Below are positions 23,289 through 25,952 of a DNA stretch of 25,952 nt, piece after piece. Each line of letters starts with the position of its first letter. Position 1 is the first letter of the stretch. The notes beneath the pieces are model-generated. The model was not told the DNA's origin. It saw only the letters and a program-made list of their open reading frames with translations, and made no database searches. Origin of the DNA: Ginkgo biloba (Eukaryota > Plantae > Ginkgophyta); the NCBI GenBank assembly GCA_024626585.2, contig JANKJI020000004.1:154454460-154480411 (forward strand), given 5' to 3'. A program made the position numbers and the translations under genes.

Positions 23289-23718
23289 AGGGTTTGGTTA
23301 TGTTATCATACTAGCTCCAGTAATAGATGCACACTATAATTCCTACTAATGAGAATAAAGGGTCTGGTTATGTTATCATATTAGCCTAATCATGTATATA
23401 TTCTATCCTTTGTGTCCCCTTATCTACTGCTAAAGTGGAGGGTATGGTTATGTCATCGTACCACTTCATGGGAAGACATACTAAGCTCTATCACACCTAG
23501 TATTTTCCATCGAATTTGAAGGGTCTATTNNNNNNNNNNNNNNNNNNNNNNNNNNNNNNNNNNNNNNNNNNNNNNNNNNNNNNNNNNNNNNNNNNNNNNN
23601 NNNNNNNNNNNNNNTATCAAGTGTTTTTCTGGAATTACTCCTCTTATTTGTCATCCCTTTTCTTACGCTATAATTTTCATTATTAAGGGTGAAGGGTCTG
23701 GTGATGTCATATCAACCT
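23289..23718 (+). repeat. Regularly spaced array of a ~27-nt motif (AGGGTCTGGTTATGTYATCATA) with dissimilar spacers
   Basis: Copies at 23289 (agggtttggttatgttatcatactagc), 23359 (agggtctggttatgttatcatattagc), 23439 (agggtatggttatgtcatcgtaccac), 23520 (agggtctatt, cut by a gap) and 23693 (agggtctggtgatgtcatatcaacc). Periods are 70, 80 and 81 nt, then 173 nt across the gap. Confidence 0.8.
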
Positions 23719-23727
23719 TATAAATAG
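23719..23727 (+). promoter_or_regulatory. TATA-box-like TATAAATAG, possibly an LTR U3 promoter
   Basis: ccttataaatag lies directly after the last array unit. It is followed by a CT-rich tract (~23787-23806) and AATAAA (~24010), the order expected for U3-R of plant LTRs. Confidence 0.3.
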
Positions 23728-25952
23728 AATAACGTTTCTTCTTATTTAGTCGATTCATTGCCCCCTTGTGTCCTTCCCTTACACCATTTCTCTCTATCTC
23801 TCTTTTATAAAGGAAACTTTCAAAATATATGAGCCTTCTTCTCATAAAATATCCTTTATAAATACTATTGTATTTGGGATTTTGAGGATTAGCATATTCT
23901 TATATCAGGAGATCTAATGTGACTCCTAGAAATTGATGAATCTTTGTAATTGTATTGAGTATAATTCTTTATGGCATGCACCCTTATAATTGTACATGCA
24001 TTTTTTATTAATAAAATGAATCTCAATCCTTATCTGTAGGTATTCAAGTTTTGAGAAAGTTGTTGTCACTTGCTCCAAAGTTGTAGTTTTTGTCTTTTCC
24101 CTTTTATTCTTGGCATTTATTGAATTATCATATTTTTGTGTATTATTTTCTTAACATTGTGTCATTACATGTTCTAAGAGCATGCACTAACATGGTATTC
24201 ATTTACTAGTACATGCATCCATGGTATTCCTCTGTGTGGGCATGAAAAAATACATATTTATTCGTTTTCCAAAATGTCAACTTTTCTCGTACTAGATCCT
24301 TATCCCAACAATTTTCATAACTATTTTGCATGCAATCGGTTCATTTTTCCCTAGAATCTTCTCTTTTAAATTATCCATTTATATTTTAGTGGCTTTAATC
24401 AAATCTATAAGGAATCTTTCATTCCTTTGAATTTATCTATAAATATAGGAAAATGTGAAGACTTAGGGGAATTTGGAGTTTTATTATTGTGTTTCTTGAA
24501 TATCCATTGAGTGATTGAGTATTCAAATCACNNNNNNNNNNNNNNNNNNNNNNNNNNNNNNNNNNNNNNNNNNNNNNNNNNNNNNNNNNNNNNNNNNNNN
24601 NNNNNNNNNNNNNNNNNNNNNNNNNNNNNNNTGTGTTATAAAATTCACATAATCGTGTATCCTTATATATTAATGACAACTAATTATGAATTATAATATA
24701 TAAAATTATTCAAGTTTTACTATATTTATTTGTGTTACTTTCCTTTATACGAGCTTAATGTGTAGTTATGTTTTCATAGATCTATAAATATTTGAAATAT
24801 ATATAATTCTCTAAAAAAATATCAATCTTCCATTTAGTGTAATATTTAATTATTGTAAACTATGGAAATAATGTTTTTTATGGAAAGCTTGTTACATAAT
24901 TCTTTATATATGTGAACAATATAAACCACAACATAGAAGAAACACATTATAGAAAAAAAAAAAAGGATATGAATTGAGTAAATTAATGCATTCTCTTTTT
25001 TGTTTATTATAATTATTAATTATTTTACAATCATTAGTGCATAGTAATCCCATACCTTTAATTCATTCCCTAATCAATATCTTCAACCTAAATGCCTGAT
25101 GATGCTTTAATGAAGGTAATAAAAACTTATTTACAAGGTGGGAATTAATTCCATGCCTTTGAATTATTTTCACTAAATATTATGACCAAATGAAAAAAAA
25201 AAATCTTCCAAAGGTGATTCAAACATCACAAAGTTACCTCATTTTTAAAGCGCCATTATGGTATTTAGTGGACAAGGTAAGACAAATCGATAAAATGTGA
25301 TAATGCTAAGAAAAAACTAAGATAATAATATTATAAGGTATACTCTACTTTTATCTTTAGTTATAGGTATAGATAAATGAAGGGAGGTCATCCTAATAAG
25401 TGATGACTCACTTGAGTCCATGGAGGAAAATAGTAACTAAGAAGCTCAATAAATAATTGATTTGTTATTTGAGTTATCTATGTAATACCTTGATCTTATA
25501 ATGTATTTAGAATAAGGATTATAGGTGAACATGTCTAGAGAATAAATGGCCTTTATATTTGTTAATCGTGTTATAATTGAATCATCCACTTACAACTATG
25601 CTATGTCTAAAGGAATCGAATCCCTTAGTTGAATCTCGCGAACATGATAATATAGACTCTATTTAGGTAACAACCAACATATCATCCTAAATTTAATTTA
25701 TTCTAAGAAATCTATTTAGTTTTATCCTATGTTTTTGACATGTCATTGATAATATAGCTTTCCCTCTCTTGTATTTATTAGTATATTAAAGGGTTTTGGG
25801 TGCAAAATAGGTTTTTAATGTATAGAGAGGCTTTCCAATTAATTTGTATATTGATTATACTATTTTTTTAATTTAATAAAATATCACTATATGTTTCAAT
25901 CTTTAAAAAAATATATTATTATATTTTATAAATCGAGTCATATCATTCTTTA

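Noticed and set aside
23289-23718. True CRISPR array
   Set aside because: The context is plant TE sequence with no cas genes. The repeats are degenerate and non-palindromic, and the period is uneven (70-81 nt).
24185-24205. LTR end plus tRNA-Met primer-binding site (ctaaca-tggtattca)
   Set aside because: Only TGGTAT matches the canonical TGGTATCAGAGC, and no gag follows.

Overview
This is an AT-rich, CpG-depleted eukaryotic (land-plant) draft-scaffold segment broken by about 18 N-gaps, many of them about 100 N, so adjacency across gaps is uncertain. It is probably from a large gymnosperm/conifer-type genome, an inference from the age and style of the retroelements. Most recognisable sequence is decayed transposable element. 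There are three plus-strand non-chromovirus Ty3/gypsy pol remnants (RT-RNase H ~850-2015; RNase H-integrase ~3510-4635; RT-RNase H-integrase ~18790-20905). The last is flanked by two strongly diverged direct repeats that look like its LTRs (~16366 and ~21032). There is also a minus-strand chromovirus/CRM-like remnant whose protease is joined directly to the integrase C-terminus (~7815-9126), a gypsy-type accessory ORF remnant (5405-5839) and a hAT dimerisation-domain fragment (6331-6540). The only host-gene sequence is a stop-free, minus-strand piece of a leucine-rich-repeat extensin (LRX) gene at 13243-13865. It lacks the signal peptide and N-terminal LRRs and has no real Ser-Pro4 extensin tail. 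It starts exactly at a good splice acceptor and lies downstream of a consensus donor site and a CpG-retaining cluster of ACGT (bZIP-type) motifs. Other notable structures are a 17-bp minisatellite and a regularly spaced repeat-plus-variable-spacer array at ~23289-23718. I found no prokaryotic system, and most ORFs in the supplied track are gap-spanning or spurious.
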